Shown here: positions 37,230-45,852 of the stretch, in pieces | Layout: every line of letters begins with the position of its first letter | Numbering within the stretch: position 1 is the stretch's first letter | Source: a virus | Taxonomy: Duplodnaviria; Caudoviricetes | Reading direction: 5' to 3' (one strand) | DNA: 64,000 nucleotides | Virus record (IMG/VR): IMGVR_UViG_3300027759_003166 | The notes under the pieces: generated by a model | What the model was told of the DNA's origin: nothing | Databases searched by the model: none | The model's input: the letters and a program-made list of their open reading frames with translations, nothing else | Program-made: the position numbers and the translations under genes

Positions 37230-37478
37230 TGGTTGTTTTGGTAATAAGGTATTTCCTACCTCACCTTAGCCTCAAGCGGCTATGGAATATAAACTATCGT
37301 TTGCCTTTAGTTTGATTTGCTTGATTTACGGTCATCGCCTACCGAGTTGCCGTCGCTGACTATTTGCCCAATCGATTACCAGAGCACCCCCACCTAAATA
37401 TAAATTATACACTTAGGTGGAGGTGGCCGGATTCGAACCGGCGTCTTGAACACATCATCTTTGAAGGGATTACAACTA
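37230..37478 (-). ncRNA. ssrA: Circularly permuted (two-piece) tmRNA
   Basis: Minus-strand order: acceptor piece ending GCCGG-TTCGAAT-CCGGC-CACCTCC-A-CC (to 37416), a 24-nt spacer, then a coding piece starting GGGGGTG (37391). G3-U70 pair present. Tag ORF 37304-37272 reads ANDSLYSIAA*. Confidence 0.88.
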
Positions 37479-37487
37479 TTCTTTTAT

Positions 37488-37802
37488 TTAACGCTGAAAG
37501 CAATTACGCTCACGATAAATTTGTCCATCTGGAGTCTGGATCTCTTTCCAATCAGTACAAACAGTTGTGGGTTGTTGAACAATCACAGGACGTTGAACAA
37601 CTACCGGTTGTTGTTGCACTACGGTTTGAGGTTGATTAGCATTGGCAATAACGGCTCCTGCAATTCCACCGAGTATCAACGGACCTACCCAATCATTGTT
37701 GCGTTCAACAATGACAGTACGTTCTGGATAACGATGATGCCATTGGGCGTTTGCTGCCGTGGCTGCTACCAACATAGTAATTACCAATACAAGTTTTTTC
37801 AT
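37488..37802 (-). CDS. Secreted hypothetical protein with a glycine-zipper-like segment
   Basis: Signal peptide, GPLILGGIAGAVIA, a QP-rich linker and two Cys. Confidence 0.7.
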   Translation of the reverse strand: MKKLVLVITMLVAATAANAQWHHRYPERTVIVERNNDWVGPLILGGIAGAVIANANQPQTVVQQQPVVVQRPVIVQQPTTVCTDWKEIQTPDGQIYRERNCFQR

Positions 37803-37857
37803 TTCTATCTCCTGTTAGTTAAATAACGCCTTAGAACACTGTTGTGTTGACATAATT

Positions 37858-38499
37858 TTACTTGTTTGCTAGAGGATTGTCAATAGCTTTCTGTATCTTT
37901 TGGTCAAGTTCCTTCTTCAATGTTTCCACATCTTTGGTAACTTCTTTCTTTAATGCCTGTGTTTCACTACTAATTTCTCTACGTGCTTGAGCCATTTCAG
38001 TTCGGACAGCATTAGCTTCTGCACGGGCTTTGTCCAAATCTTCTCTAACACCTTTACGCATTTCACGCATTTCCCCTTCGGAATCACGTTGGGCTGCTTT
38101 AACAAAACGTTCAACTTGCTCGGTTACACTTTCGTTTCTGCGTAGATCACTCTTTAAGTCATTTTTAATATCACGTGTATATCCATTTGCTTCTGTAACT
38201 GAATCTTCTGCTTTCTTAATCTTTTGATCAAGTATGGATATACGTTTATCAAACTCAGTTAGGTCTGGTGCTGAATATTCAGATATCTTTTTCTTCATAC
38301 CCACATAGTCTTTATAGACTTCAAAGGCTCCGTAAAGCCCCCCCAGTATAGATGATACAATAGTAAATGCCACCATTAGTTTTGCTGGTGTAAATTCATA
38401 ACCACCAATACTAATAACAGTATCTTTACTAGCATACTTTTTTGCTGCTGCTTCAAGTTCGTCAACTTTGGCATCTACACTTTTAATTTCTTCTGTCAT
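37858..38499 (-). CDS. Single-TM coiled-coil protein
   Basis: TM segment followed by long heptad repeats. Confidence 0.7.
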   Translation of the reverse strand: MTEEIKSVDAKVDELEAAAKKYASKDTVISIGGYEFTPAKLMVAFTIVSSILGGLYGAFEVYKDYVGMKKKISEYSAPDLTEFDKRISILDQKIKKAEDSVTEANGYTRDIKNDLKSDLRRNESVTEQVERFVKAAQRDSEGEMREMRKGVREDLDKARAEANAVRTEMAQARREISSETQALKKEVTKDVETLKKELDQKIQKAIDNPLANK

Positions 38500-38510
38500 T
38501 TTTATTCTCC

Positions 38511-40982
38511 TTATTTGTATTGCATATCAATCATTTGTTTATGCAAACTATCACTACTCATTTGTCTTAATGCTCTTGCATTATCAACCACTGTTTGTCC
38601 CTTATAAACTTCCTTGGGTTCATAAAAGGCTGCATCCCTTAATGCAACACTATATACTTCAAACCCTTTTGGTTGTAGGGCCATTGATGCAATATCAACG
38701 CTGCCTGCTAGATCATTCGGTTGTACATTTCTATTAACTGTGCTGGTTTGTTGTTGTATATTTTCTTGCATCATTTCAAAACGTTGTTGCATTAAATCTG
38801 ATAGTGGACTACCTGCACGAGCATTTCCAAAACTGGCTATTTGTATTGCAGGTACTTCTACTTCATTTACTTTTGTTTCATTACGTAGTTGATATGTAGA
38901 AGCAGATTGTGCAGTTGGTTGTGTATTGGCAGAACTTGCTACATTGAATAAGTTAAGTCCAATTGGGTTATTTTTTCCAATAACTAATCCAGTACCACTA
39001 TTAGTTTGGGTAACACTTTCTGGTATTGGCGGTGCAGGCGGTTTTAACATACTTGAACTGCCTGCAGATGTATCTTGTTGTTGAACATTGATATTAGATG
39101 ACATCATTGATAATGTAATTACTCCAGAGGCTGCTTGTTGTACTTGTTGAGTTTCCTGTACTTGTTGTGTGGCACGATAAGAATTATTTGATTGTCCTTG
39201 TTGACCAGACGACTGATTAACCTGTTGCGTTTGTTGCATTGTTGTCTGTGATGTTCCTATAGATGCTTGAGTTGATTGGCTAGAAAACTGTGCTGCGGCC
39301 GCTGCACTATTAGCACTCATATCATTTAATGATGCAATGGCTGCGGCTGCCGTAGCCTGTGATTGCTGTGTAGATCCTTCTACTATTCTAGCAGCATTTT
39401 GTACCGCCATCTGTTGTGTGGCCTTATCTCTCTCCTGCGCAGCCCTTGCTACATTTAATGCAGCACCTGGCGTCATTCTAGGACCATCTGCTCTACTTGG
39501 ACCTGCTTGTTGTGACCCAGAACTTGTAGGTGGTGCAGACTGTGCTGTCTGTGGAGGACCGCCTGCAGGTTGTGGAGTTGTAGGTGCTGGTCCTGCTTGT
39601 TGTGGACTAGGCTGTGCTGGATTATCTTGTGCTACCACTGGATTCTGATTTGGATCTTGTCCAGTACTTGCCGACTGTTGTTGCGGTGATTGCTGGGCGG
39701 GTTGCTGTTGTGCTTGTTGTTGTGCAGGATCAGGACTTGCTAATGCTGGGGCGCTGGCACTTGCTACAGTTGAACCTAAGATCATATTTTTAGCATAGGC
39801 AACGGCATAACCAGGGCAAGTGGTACTTGACAAAGGATTAGTCACACACGGGTCTGGTTTATAAAGAGCATTAACATACATATTTTGAATTGCCGCATTA
39901 CCCGATGTACTAGCACCTAGTGTAAAATTACCTAATGATAATGAATTTGTTGTACTGGCAAGTAAGAACTGATATGAAACATTTTCAGCAGTATTAGGAG
40001 TACTTCTACTTTGTGTGGCAGTATAAATTACATCATTGCTACTGTTGGTTAATCGTACTCTCATAGTAGCATTCGGATTGTTAGTTAAGTAGGCGCCGCA
40101 GGTAAAAGCATTATCCCAACTTACACATTCGTTGGTCCTTGTACCATTGCCTAAACTATAATTATAACCATAGTTGAAACCGTATACTTCAACACCTGCT
40201 CCAGAACTTTTAAGTGCTGTATTGATAGCAAATGAATTGTAAACTATATCACCGTTGGACATTAAATTTGAATTTACTAAATTACCACTAGTGACTACGC
40301 TACTAAATCCTGAGCAATTAGGACTGTATGCAGGATTAAGACTACAAGGATCAACTCGATATTTCAAACTAAAACTAACGTTGGTAATTTCTGGACCATA
40401 ATTACCAGCCCAAAAGTTATTGTCCTTACCAACAAAGCCAACTCGTGCATTGCTATAGTTTGTAGCCGCTATAGGATTGGCAAATGTTTCACTAAAGTTG
40501 AAATCAGTCCAGTTGTATTTGGCGTTAGTATGACTTAGGTAATCATATGCGGCAACCTGGGTACCGGCGGTATTATAAAACTTAACATAAGCATCTAAAT
40601 AATCTTGCCTACCGTCATCCCAGCCGTTGCCGTTTTTAGCACGAAATCCAAAATTAAAACCACTTAGTTGTACTCCACTACCACCTGCGGCCAATGCTCG
40701 ATTTATATTAACAACTTGATTTAAGTCTATTTGACCATAACTGAAATTGATACTGCCGTCGGGTCTAACACTGGGATTAGGGCCGCAATTGCCAGGTTGG
40801 CCAGCCTGGAAACATATTTGACTAACGTACACACCATTGTTCCAAATGCTGGTTGTATCTGTAGGTGTAGTACCGGTATTGATTAAATTACCGGTAGTAG
40901 GATCAACAGTTTGGGCTTTAGAATGACTTATAAACGATAGCGCCAAGCAAAGCACCAAGGCCCATTTTAGTATACGTGTCAT
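38511..40982 (-). CDS. Large secreted protein with beta-rich domains and a Gln/Ala/Ser-rich stalk
   Basis: Signal peptide, two DPC..NP..S..C.G[FY] motifs and a Q-rich low-complexity region. Confidence 0.7.
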   Translation of the reverse strand: MTRILKWALVLCLALSFISHSKAQTVDPTTGNLINTGTTPTDTTSIWNNGVYVSQICFQAGQPGNCGPNPSVRPDGSINFSYGQIDLNQVVNINRALAAGGSGVQLSGFNFGFRAKNGNGWDDGRQDYLDAYVKFYNTAGTQVAAYDYLSHTNAKYNWTDFNFSETFANPIAATNYSNARVGFVGKDNNFWAGNYGPEITNVSFSLKYRVDPCSLNPAYSPNCSGFSSVVTSGNLVNSNLMSNGDIVYNSFAINTALKSSGAGVEVYGFNYGYNYSLGNGTRTNECVSWDNAFTCGAYLTNNPNATMRVRLTNSSNDVIYTATQSRSTPNTAENVSYQFLLASTTNSLSLGNFTLGASTSGNAAIQNMYVNALYKPDPCVTNPLSSTTCPGYAVAYAKNMILGSTVASASAPALASPDPAQQQAQQQPAQQSPQQQSASTGQDPNQNPVVAQDNPAQPSPQQAGPAPTTPQPAGGPPQTAQSAPPTSSGSQQAGPSRADGPRMTPGAALNVARAAQERDKATQQMAVQNAARIVEGSTQQSQATAAAAIASLNDMSANSAAAAAQFSSQSTQASIGTSQTTMQQTQQVNQSSGQQGQSNNSYRATQQVQETQQVQQAASGVITLSMMSSNINVQQQDTSAGSSSMLKPPAPPIPESVTQTNSGTGLVIGKNNPIGLNLFNVASSANTQPTAQSASTYQLRNETKVNEVEVPAIQIASFGNARAGSPLSDLMQQRFEMMQENIQQQTSTVNRNVQPNDLAGSVDIASMALQPKGFEVYSVALRDAAFYEPKEVYKGQTVVDNARALRQMSSDSLHKQMIDMQYK

Positions 40983-42255
40983 CTATTTTTTCCTCTTCCA
41001 CTGCTGGAACTTTTTCTTTGTTTTCTTCCCAGGCTAGTTTGGCTTGTTCGCCAATCTTACCTTCGTATGGGCAAGGTGTTCCTGCTGCCATCATAGCATC
41101 AAATATACGACGGTCTTGACACATAGTAGCCACCGCTGCTACCTTCATACCCATATCATATAATGTTTTGGCCAACTTTAATCTTTCGCAATTCATATCA
41201 CGTATGGTACCGCCACCACTTACGCCGAAGATCTGTGTCTGTACACTACCACTGGATCCTGTGGTACATAGATCACCATTGCCGCCACTCATCATTGATG
41301 GTGCAACTGCTGTAGGTGGAGGTTGAATAACACGCTGTGTAATATCACTGGTATTAACATTGTTATTAGTCATTGTACCACTGTTGATATTTTGATTAAC
41401 ATTGTTGTTAGAATTGGTGCTAGCACTGGTAGATGAGTTAACATTATTATTATTGTTGGTCATACTACCACTTTGAACGTTGTTGTTAGTCATTGTACCA
41501 CTGTTGATATTGGTATTAACATTATTACTAGTTGATGAATTTTGATTAATATTATTATTGTTATTAGTCATCGTACCACTATTAATGTTAGTGTTGGTAC
41601 TAACATTGGTGTTGACATTGTTATTGTTATTGGTCATTGTACCAGAATTAATATTGTTGTTGGTATTAACGCTGGTGCTAGAGTTAACATTATTATTGTT
41701 ATTAGTTGCGGTACTTGTACTAGCATTATTATTGTTGTAGGTCATTGTACCAGTATTAACATTATTATTTGTATTAACACTGGTGCTAGCGTTGACATTA
41801 TTATTGTTGTAGGTCATTGTACCTGTGTTAACATTGTTGTTGGTATTAACGCTGGTACTGGTACTAACATTGTTATTATTATTGGTCATCGTACCGGTAT
41901 TAACGTTATTGTTATTAAACGTTTGAGTTCCGCTATTAACGTTGTTATTATTGTTGGTATACGTAACTGACCCTGACATAACATTATTGTTGTTATTGTT
42001 ATTGGTCATTGTACCCGTATTAACATTATTATTGTTATTGGTATTAACACTAGTGCTACCAACTGTGGTTTGGTTAATATTGGTTATGGTACCACTATTA
42101 ACGTTATTGGTATTAATAGTACTTGTGCTGGTAGATGTACTATTGGTATCTACTAAACTTTTAGAATCGTAACCACCTTGGTTAATTACAGTTTGTGCCC
42201 AAACTGTAGATATAAAGAACATGGCCGCTAACCATAAAAGAATTTTATTAAACAT
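40918..42255 (-). CDS. Secreted Asn/Thr-repeat protein with a Cys-containing C-terminal domain
   Basis: Signal peptide, about 12 N[VI]N[ST]GT[MI]T-type repeats separated by Asn runs, then DLC...NCERLK...MCQD...TPCP and a C-terminal hydrophobic segment. Confidence 0.75.
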   Translation of the reverse strand: MFNKILLWLAAMFFISTVWAQTVINQGGYDSKSLVDTNSTSTSTSTINTNNVNSGTITNINQTTVGSTSVNTNNNNNVNTGTMTNNNNNNNVMSGSVTYTNNNNNVNSGTQTFNNNNVNTGTMTNNNNNVSTSTSVNTNNNVNTGTMTYNNNNVNASTSVNTNNNVNTGTMTYNNNNASTSTATNNNNNVNSSTSVNTNNNINSGTMTNNNNNVNTNVSTNTNINSGTMTNNNNNINQNSSTSNNVNTNINSGTMTNNNVQSGSMTNNNNNVNSSTSASTNSNNNVNQNINSGTMTNNNVNTSDITQRVIQPPPTAVAPSMMSGGNGDLCTTGSSGSVQTQIFGVSGGGTIRDMNCERLKLAKTLYDMGMKVAAVATMCQDRRIFDAMMAAGTPCPYEGKIGEQAKLAWEENKEKVPAVEEEKIDDTYTKMGLGALLGAIVYKSF

Positions 42256-42256
42256 T

Positions 42257-42285
42257 GTATATAACCCCCGTTATATACGTATTTA
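42257..42285 (-). promoter_or_regulatory. TAAATA late promoter overlapping an RBS-containing hairpin
   Basis: GTATATAAC-GGGG-GTTATATAC perfect 9-bp stem ending 1 nt before the ATG; TAAATA at 42280-42285. Confidence 0.5.
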
Positions 42286-42324
42286 CTGATTAACTTTGAA
42301 AACTTATCTGTGTATATTACTCAT

Positions 42325-42346
42325 AAAGAAACCCGCCGAAGCGGGT
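42325..42346 (-). terminator. Rho-independent terminator
   Basis: ACCCGC-TTCG-GCGGGT-TTCTTT. Confidence 0.85.
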
Positions 42347-42367
42347 TGTTATCTGTAAGTTTGAATG

Positions 42368-42517
42368 TTATTCACTAATTCGAGAATAGTTCAAAACCAT
42401 TCCCGGTCCATATTGTGCTTCTGCAATCAATTTAGCCTGCCAGTCGTTATCAGCGTTAACTACAACGTTGGCGGTTTGATATTGATTAAGACGAACCCAA
42501 ACAGTATAACGGTACAT
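42368..42517 (-). CDS. 49-aa monocistronic early protein (not in the ORF track)
   Basis: AAAGGAG SD; MYRYTVWVRLNQYQTANVVVNADNDWQAKLIAEAQYGPGMVLNYSRISE. Confidence 0.75.
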   Translation of the reverse strand: MYRYTVWVRLNQYQTANVVVNADNDWQAKLIAEAQYGPGMVLNYSRISE

Positions 42518-42546
42518 AGCAGACTCCTTTGTGTTGTTAAGTAATA

Positions 42547-42575
42547 ATTATAACATGGTTTTACCAGTTTGTCAA
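42547..42575 (-). promoter_or_regulatory. Consensus sigma70 promoter with GGTAAAACC in the spacer
   Basis: TTGACA-aactGGTAAAACCatgt-TATAAT. Confidence 0.85.
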
Positions 42576-42683
42576 CTGAAATTTACCCAAAAAGTGGAGA
42601 AATCTGCAAGAATTGGCTTCTCCTGCCTCCCGGACTCGCACCTTCCTAAATGCTACGCATTATGCCCTTGCAGACAATAATAC

Positions 42684-43595
42684 TTATGCATTACCTAAAT
42701 CGTATAATCCAGTAACACCCGGACCTTTGGCATTCTTATCATTCATGAATGTAAGTACCTGTCCACGATTACCGGCCTTGTTAAAACTAATATGATGCCA
42801 AGGTTTACCAGTTCCTGTGGTTTTATACTCTAATATAAATTGGTCATATTTGGCATTATCTTTAACCCATAATGCTCGTGTATAGTAATCAGCTTTACTT
42901 GCCTTAGCATATTGTATATCACAGGCCATTCCTTTAGGATGTTGGCTAGTAGGACTACCAACTCCTGCTCGTCTAAAAGAACAGGTCATAAATGCATCAG
43001 GGTATTGATTCTTAATTGGATCAAAACAATTAATAATTAATAATCGAAGATTATCACACACTTCTTGTACTGTATATCCATTTTCAATTGCCACAGTAGC
43101 AACATCGTAGGGGAAAACAACACCGGATTGTTTAGTAACTGTTTTTACATAATAAGTAGTGCCGGTTAACGGACCAACACATAATACGGTATCATCAACT
43201 ACACCACCAACTGATACCGAGCCGGCCGTTTCACCTTGTGTTACCCCTGCAGGCGGTGGGCTTGTATTTGACTGAGCAGGGTTGGTTGCCGCCGCTGTTC
43301 CTTTATCTATGTCTGCCTGTGTAATTGTACCAGCAGCAATTAATGCCTTTTGTTGAGCATCAACAGCAGCAGGGCTATCTGCATCACCTTCTAATGCTTC
43401 AACAATGGCTTGTTCTTGTGAAAAATTAGGAGAATTAATTTCTACACTTATAGAGGCTGCTTCACCAGTGCCAGAAGGATTATCCCATAATGCCATTGGA
43501 ATAAAATTAGCAAATACATTTGAGCTATGATAAACATCAGTTACTTCTTTTAATGTACTATCTCCTTGGTTACCCGATCCTGGTTTATATGGCAT
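42684..43595 (-). CDS. Peptidase M15 domain protein (endolysin or virion muralytic enzyme)
   Basis: CSFRR...SQHPKGMACDI...WHHISF zinc ligands in the C-terminal domain. Confidence 0.75.
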   Translation of the reverse strand: MPYKPGSGNQGDSTLKEVTDVYHSSNVFANFIPMALWDNPSGTGEAASISVEINSPNFSQEQAIVEALEGDADSPAAVDAQQKALIAAGTITQADIDKGTAAATNPAQSNTSPPPAGVTQGETAGSVSVGGVVDDTVLCVGPLTGTTYYVKTVTKQSGVVFPYDVATVAIENGYTVQEVCDNLRLLIINCFDPIKNQYPDAFMTCSFRRAGVGSPTSQHPKGMACDIQYAKASKADYYTRALWVKDNAKYDQFILEYKTTGTGKPWHHISFNKAGNRGQVLTFMNDKNAKGPGVTGLYDLGNA

Positions 43596-43617
43596 AAATT
43601 ATCTCCTAGGCAAATAT

Positions 43618-43905
43618 TTACCGTAGGGCAATATCAGTGGTACTATCTCTATATTGGTCAGCGGCCTCGTGCTTGCTGGTCATCATAGCAAATATATGTG
43701 ATTTGTTTAAAGTTATTTCTTTGCCATTGCCAAGAAACATCCAAGGCATTAGTCCAACACCTTGTCCGTTTAATGTAACGCACATTGGTTTAACAAGTTT
43801 AACCACATCAGCAGTTTCGCTTTCGAAACGTGCAATCAATTCCTCACCATTGATTAGTTTTAAACTAACAACATCAGCGGTGGTAAATCCTCTTTCTATT
43901 AACAT
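43618..43905 (-). CDS. Hypothetical phage protein (Sm-like fold possible)
   Basis: VVSLKLINGEELIARF; start moved to the ATG with an AAGGA SD. Confidence 0.55.
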   Translation of the reverse strand: MLIERGFTTADVVSLKLINGEELIARFESETADVVKLVKPMCVTLNGQGVGLMPWMFLGNGKEITLNKSHIFAMMTSKHEAADQYRDSTTDIALR

Positions 43906-43906
43906 T

Positions 43907-44356
43907 TTATTCCTTTTCTTCTTTGGGTAATTCGCATAATTTCTCAAGCATCTTATAATGCTCGTAGGCTTTCTTCAACGCTTCAAAGTGTTCTAATTTT
44001 TCTGGGTCTGGTACTAGTATGGCCAGCCGCTTGGAAATTGTTTCCATAAACTCTCCAAGATCCTGCCCGTTGATTTTAACCTTGCCTTCAAACTCTGCAT
44101 CACCTTTAACATTCAGTGATGATTGTTGGTTATTGGTAGTAATATTTGCCCAGTTTGAGCCACTGGTACCATTGGTGGTGAAAATTGTACCACCAGTTGA
44201 ATATGTTCCACTGCCACCTCCACCGCCAGTACCAACATTGTAATATGGACCTATCATACCAGAAGTTAGATAGGGTATACTTGAGCTACTTAATGTAATG
44301 GTGTCAATGGTATCAGAACACAACGGAGGTAGTTCACTATCATAATCAAAACTCAT
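43907..44356 (-). CDS. Hypothetical protein
   Basis: Gly/Thr/Ser-rich middle and C-terminal LKKAYEHYKMLEKL helix. Confidence 0.6.
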   Translation of the reverse strand: MSFDYDSELPPLCSDTIDTITLSSSSIPYLTSGMIGPYYNVGTGGGGGSGTYSTGGTIFTTNGTSGSNWANITTNNQQSSLNVKGDAEFEGKVKINGQDLGEFMETISKRLAILVPDPEKLEHFEALKKAYEHYKMLEKLCELPKEEKE

Positions 44357-44574
44357 TTTAAATATTCCTTAAGTTCATTAATACCGCCTACATGGGCACC
44401 TTCAATAAAGATTTGTGGAACGCTGCGAGCATTAGGTATTTCTTCTAACAATTCTTCTCGTGTATATCCATCACCAATTTTACGTTCTTCAATTTGATAA
44501 CCTTTAGATTTTAGTAATGCGTGGGCCTGATCACAGTTAGGACAGTGATAACGAGACCAAATAATAGCTTTCAT
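44353..44574 (-). CDS. Glutaredoxin
   Basis: CPNC active site and RSVPQIFI...GG; downstream of nrdB. Confidence 0.9.
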   Translation of the reverse strand: MKAIIWSRYHCPNCDQAHALLKSKGYQIEERKIGDGYTREELLEEIPNARSVPQIFIEGAHVGGINELKEYLK

Positions 44575-44579
44575 TTTTA

Positions 44580-44744
44580 TTATCCTCTTCTATTAATTGT
44601 TGAGGCTATCTGATTAACCTCTTGCCTTCTACGGCCATTCTCTCTTTCTAATAAACTAATACGTTGAGCTAAATCTTGATTCTGTTTGATCAATTGTTCA
44701 ACGAATTGTTCAAGTTTTTTAATTTTATCGGCGTCGGTAGACAT
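44580..44744 (-). CDS. 54-aa coiled-coil protein (not in the ORF track)
   Basis: MSTDADKIKKLEQFVEQLIKQNQDLAQRISLLERE...; its ATG overlaps the nrdB stop. Confidence 0.6.
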   Translation of the reverse strand: MSTDADKIKKLEQFVEQLIKQNQDLAQRISLLERENGRRRQEVNQIASTINRRG

Positions 44745-45844
44745 TATAGATCCGGTAAATCATCATATGTAACACTATCACTCATCACTCCGATAACATA
44801 GTTTGTACTTTCAGTTTCCTGTAATGCACTTTGCTTCTTGCCAATGTTAACATGTTTATTAAACCATGGAATAGGACTGCTACGTGGATGTTCTTCAGCA
44901 TACTTAATGCCGATATCTTTTAAACGTGTAAATGCTGTATGATCAACAAAGTCTTTTAGAATAGTAGCATTAAGTCCAATTACAGGACCTTTCTTAAACA
45001 AGTAATCTGCCCAAGCCTTTTCTTCTGCAATTACTTCAAGATACATAGCATATACTTCATCTTTACATTCTTCTTCAAGGGCAACAAAGTCTTCGTCATC
45101 TTTAGTAACATTGTTAATTAACCAAGCGGTCCATTCTGTATGTAGGAGTTCGTCTTGGAGGATGAGACTGATGATGTTTCCGTTGCCGATGTAGATTTTG
45201 TTTTCGACCATTGCCAACGATGTAGCGAATGAGACCATAAAGCGGAGCGCCTCAAGTGCATAGCTTGCATGTAATGCCAACCAAATTGCTCGCTTGTGAG
45301 TGTGGAGATCAATTTCCTCGCCCAATTCTTTACGGCAGTTAAGTAAGTGTAGATTTTCATAATGGCGTCCTATGTTAGCAGCCATTTCAACAATTTCTTT
45401 AGTATCGTGGATCTTGTTGAATTCATCCTTGGGCACACTATAGATGTTTCTAATAATGTGACTATATGATTTACTGTGTATGCTGGTTTCGAAAAAACTC
45501 CATGTCAACGCAAGTGCTTCGAGTTCTGGTAGACTGCACACTGGTCCAAAGATCTGAAATGGTGCTCTACCTTGAATACTATCTAATGCTGTTTGTCTTA
45601 GTAGATTGCTGGTGAAGATGTGTTTAACTGCATCGCTGGCTTCCTTGTGATCCATCTTATCTTTGGTAAGACTAATCTCTTCTGGAACCCAAAAGAACCC
45701 ACGGGCTAGTTCTTCGTACTTTTGTAATTTTTGATATTTCACTTCTTCGAAACGTTGTACAGTAACCGGTCCTGCTGGATCCAAAAACATCTTACGTTTG
45801 AGATAGTTTGTTTGTTTTAATAAGTTGTATTGTTCTTTTGACAT
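44744..45844 (-). CDS. nrdB: Ribonucleotide reductase class Ia beta subunit
   Basis: FWVPEEI, ETSIHSKSY, EALRF..SF and DELLH. Confidence 0.95.
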   Translation of the reverse strand: MSKEQYNLLKQTNYLKRKMFLDPAGPVTVQRFEEVKYQKLQKYEELARGFFWVPEEISLTKDKMDHKEASDAVKHIFTSNLLRQTALDSIQGRAPFQIFGPVCSLPELEALALTWSFFETSIHSKSYSHIIRNIYSVPKDEFNKIHDTKEIVEMAANIGRHYENLHLLNCRKELGEEIDLHTHKRAIWLALHASYALEALRFMVSFATSLAMVENKIYIGNGNIISLILQDELLHTEWTAWLINNVTKDDEDFVALEEECKDEVYAMYLEVIAEEKAWADYLFKKGPVIGLNATILKDFVDHTAFTRLKDIGIKYAEEHPRSSPIPWFNKHVNIGKKQSALQETESTNYVIGVMSDSVTYDDLPDL

Positions 45845-45852
45845 AGTATTAC

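Noticed and set aside
37416-37445. Ordinary tRNA gene
   Set aside because: The T-arm and 3' acceptor strand come before the matching 5' strand and there is no anticodon arm; a permuted tmRNA explains this.
41380-42130. CRISPR array or DNA tandem repeat
   Set aside because: The repeats are degenerate at third codon positions, in frame and without unique spacers; they encode the Asn/Thr protein repeat.
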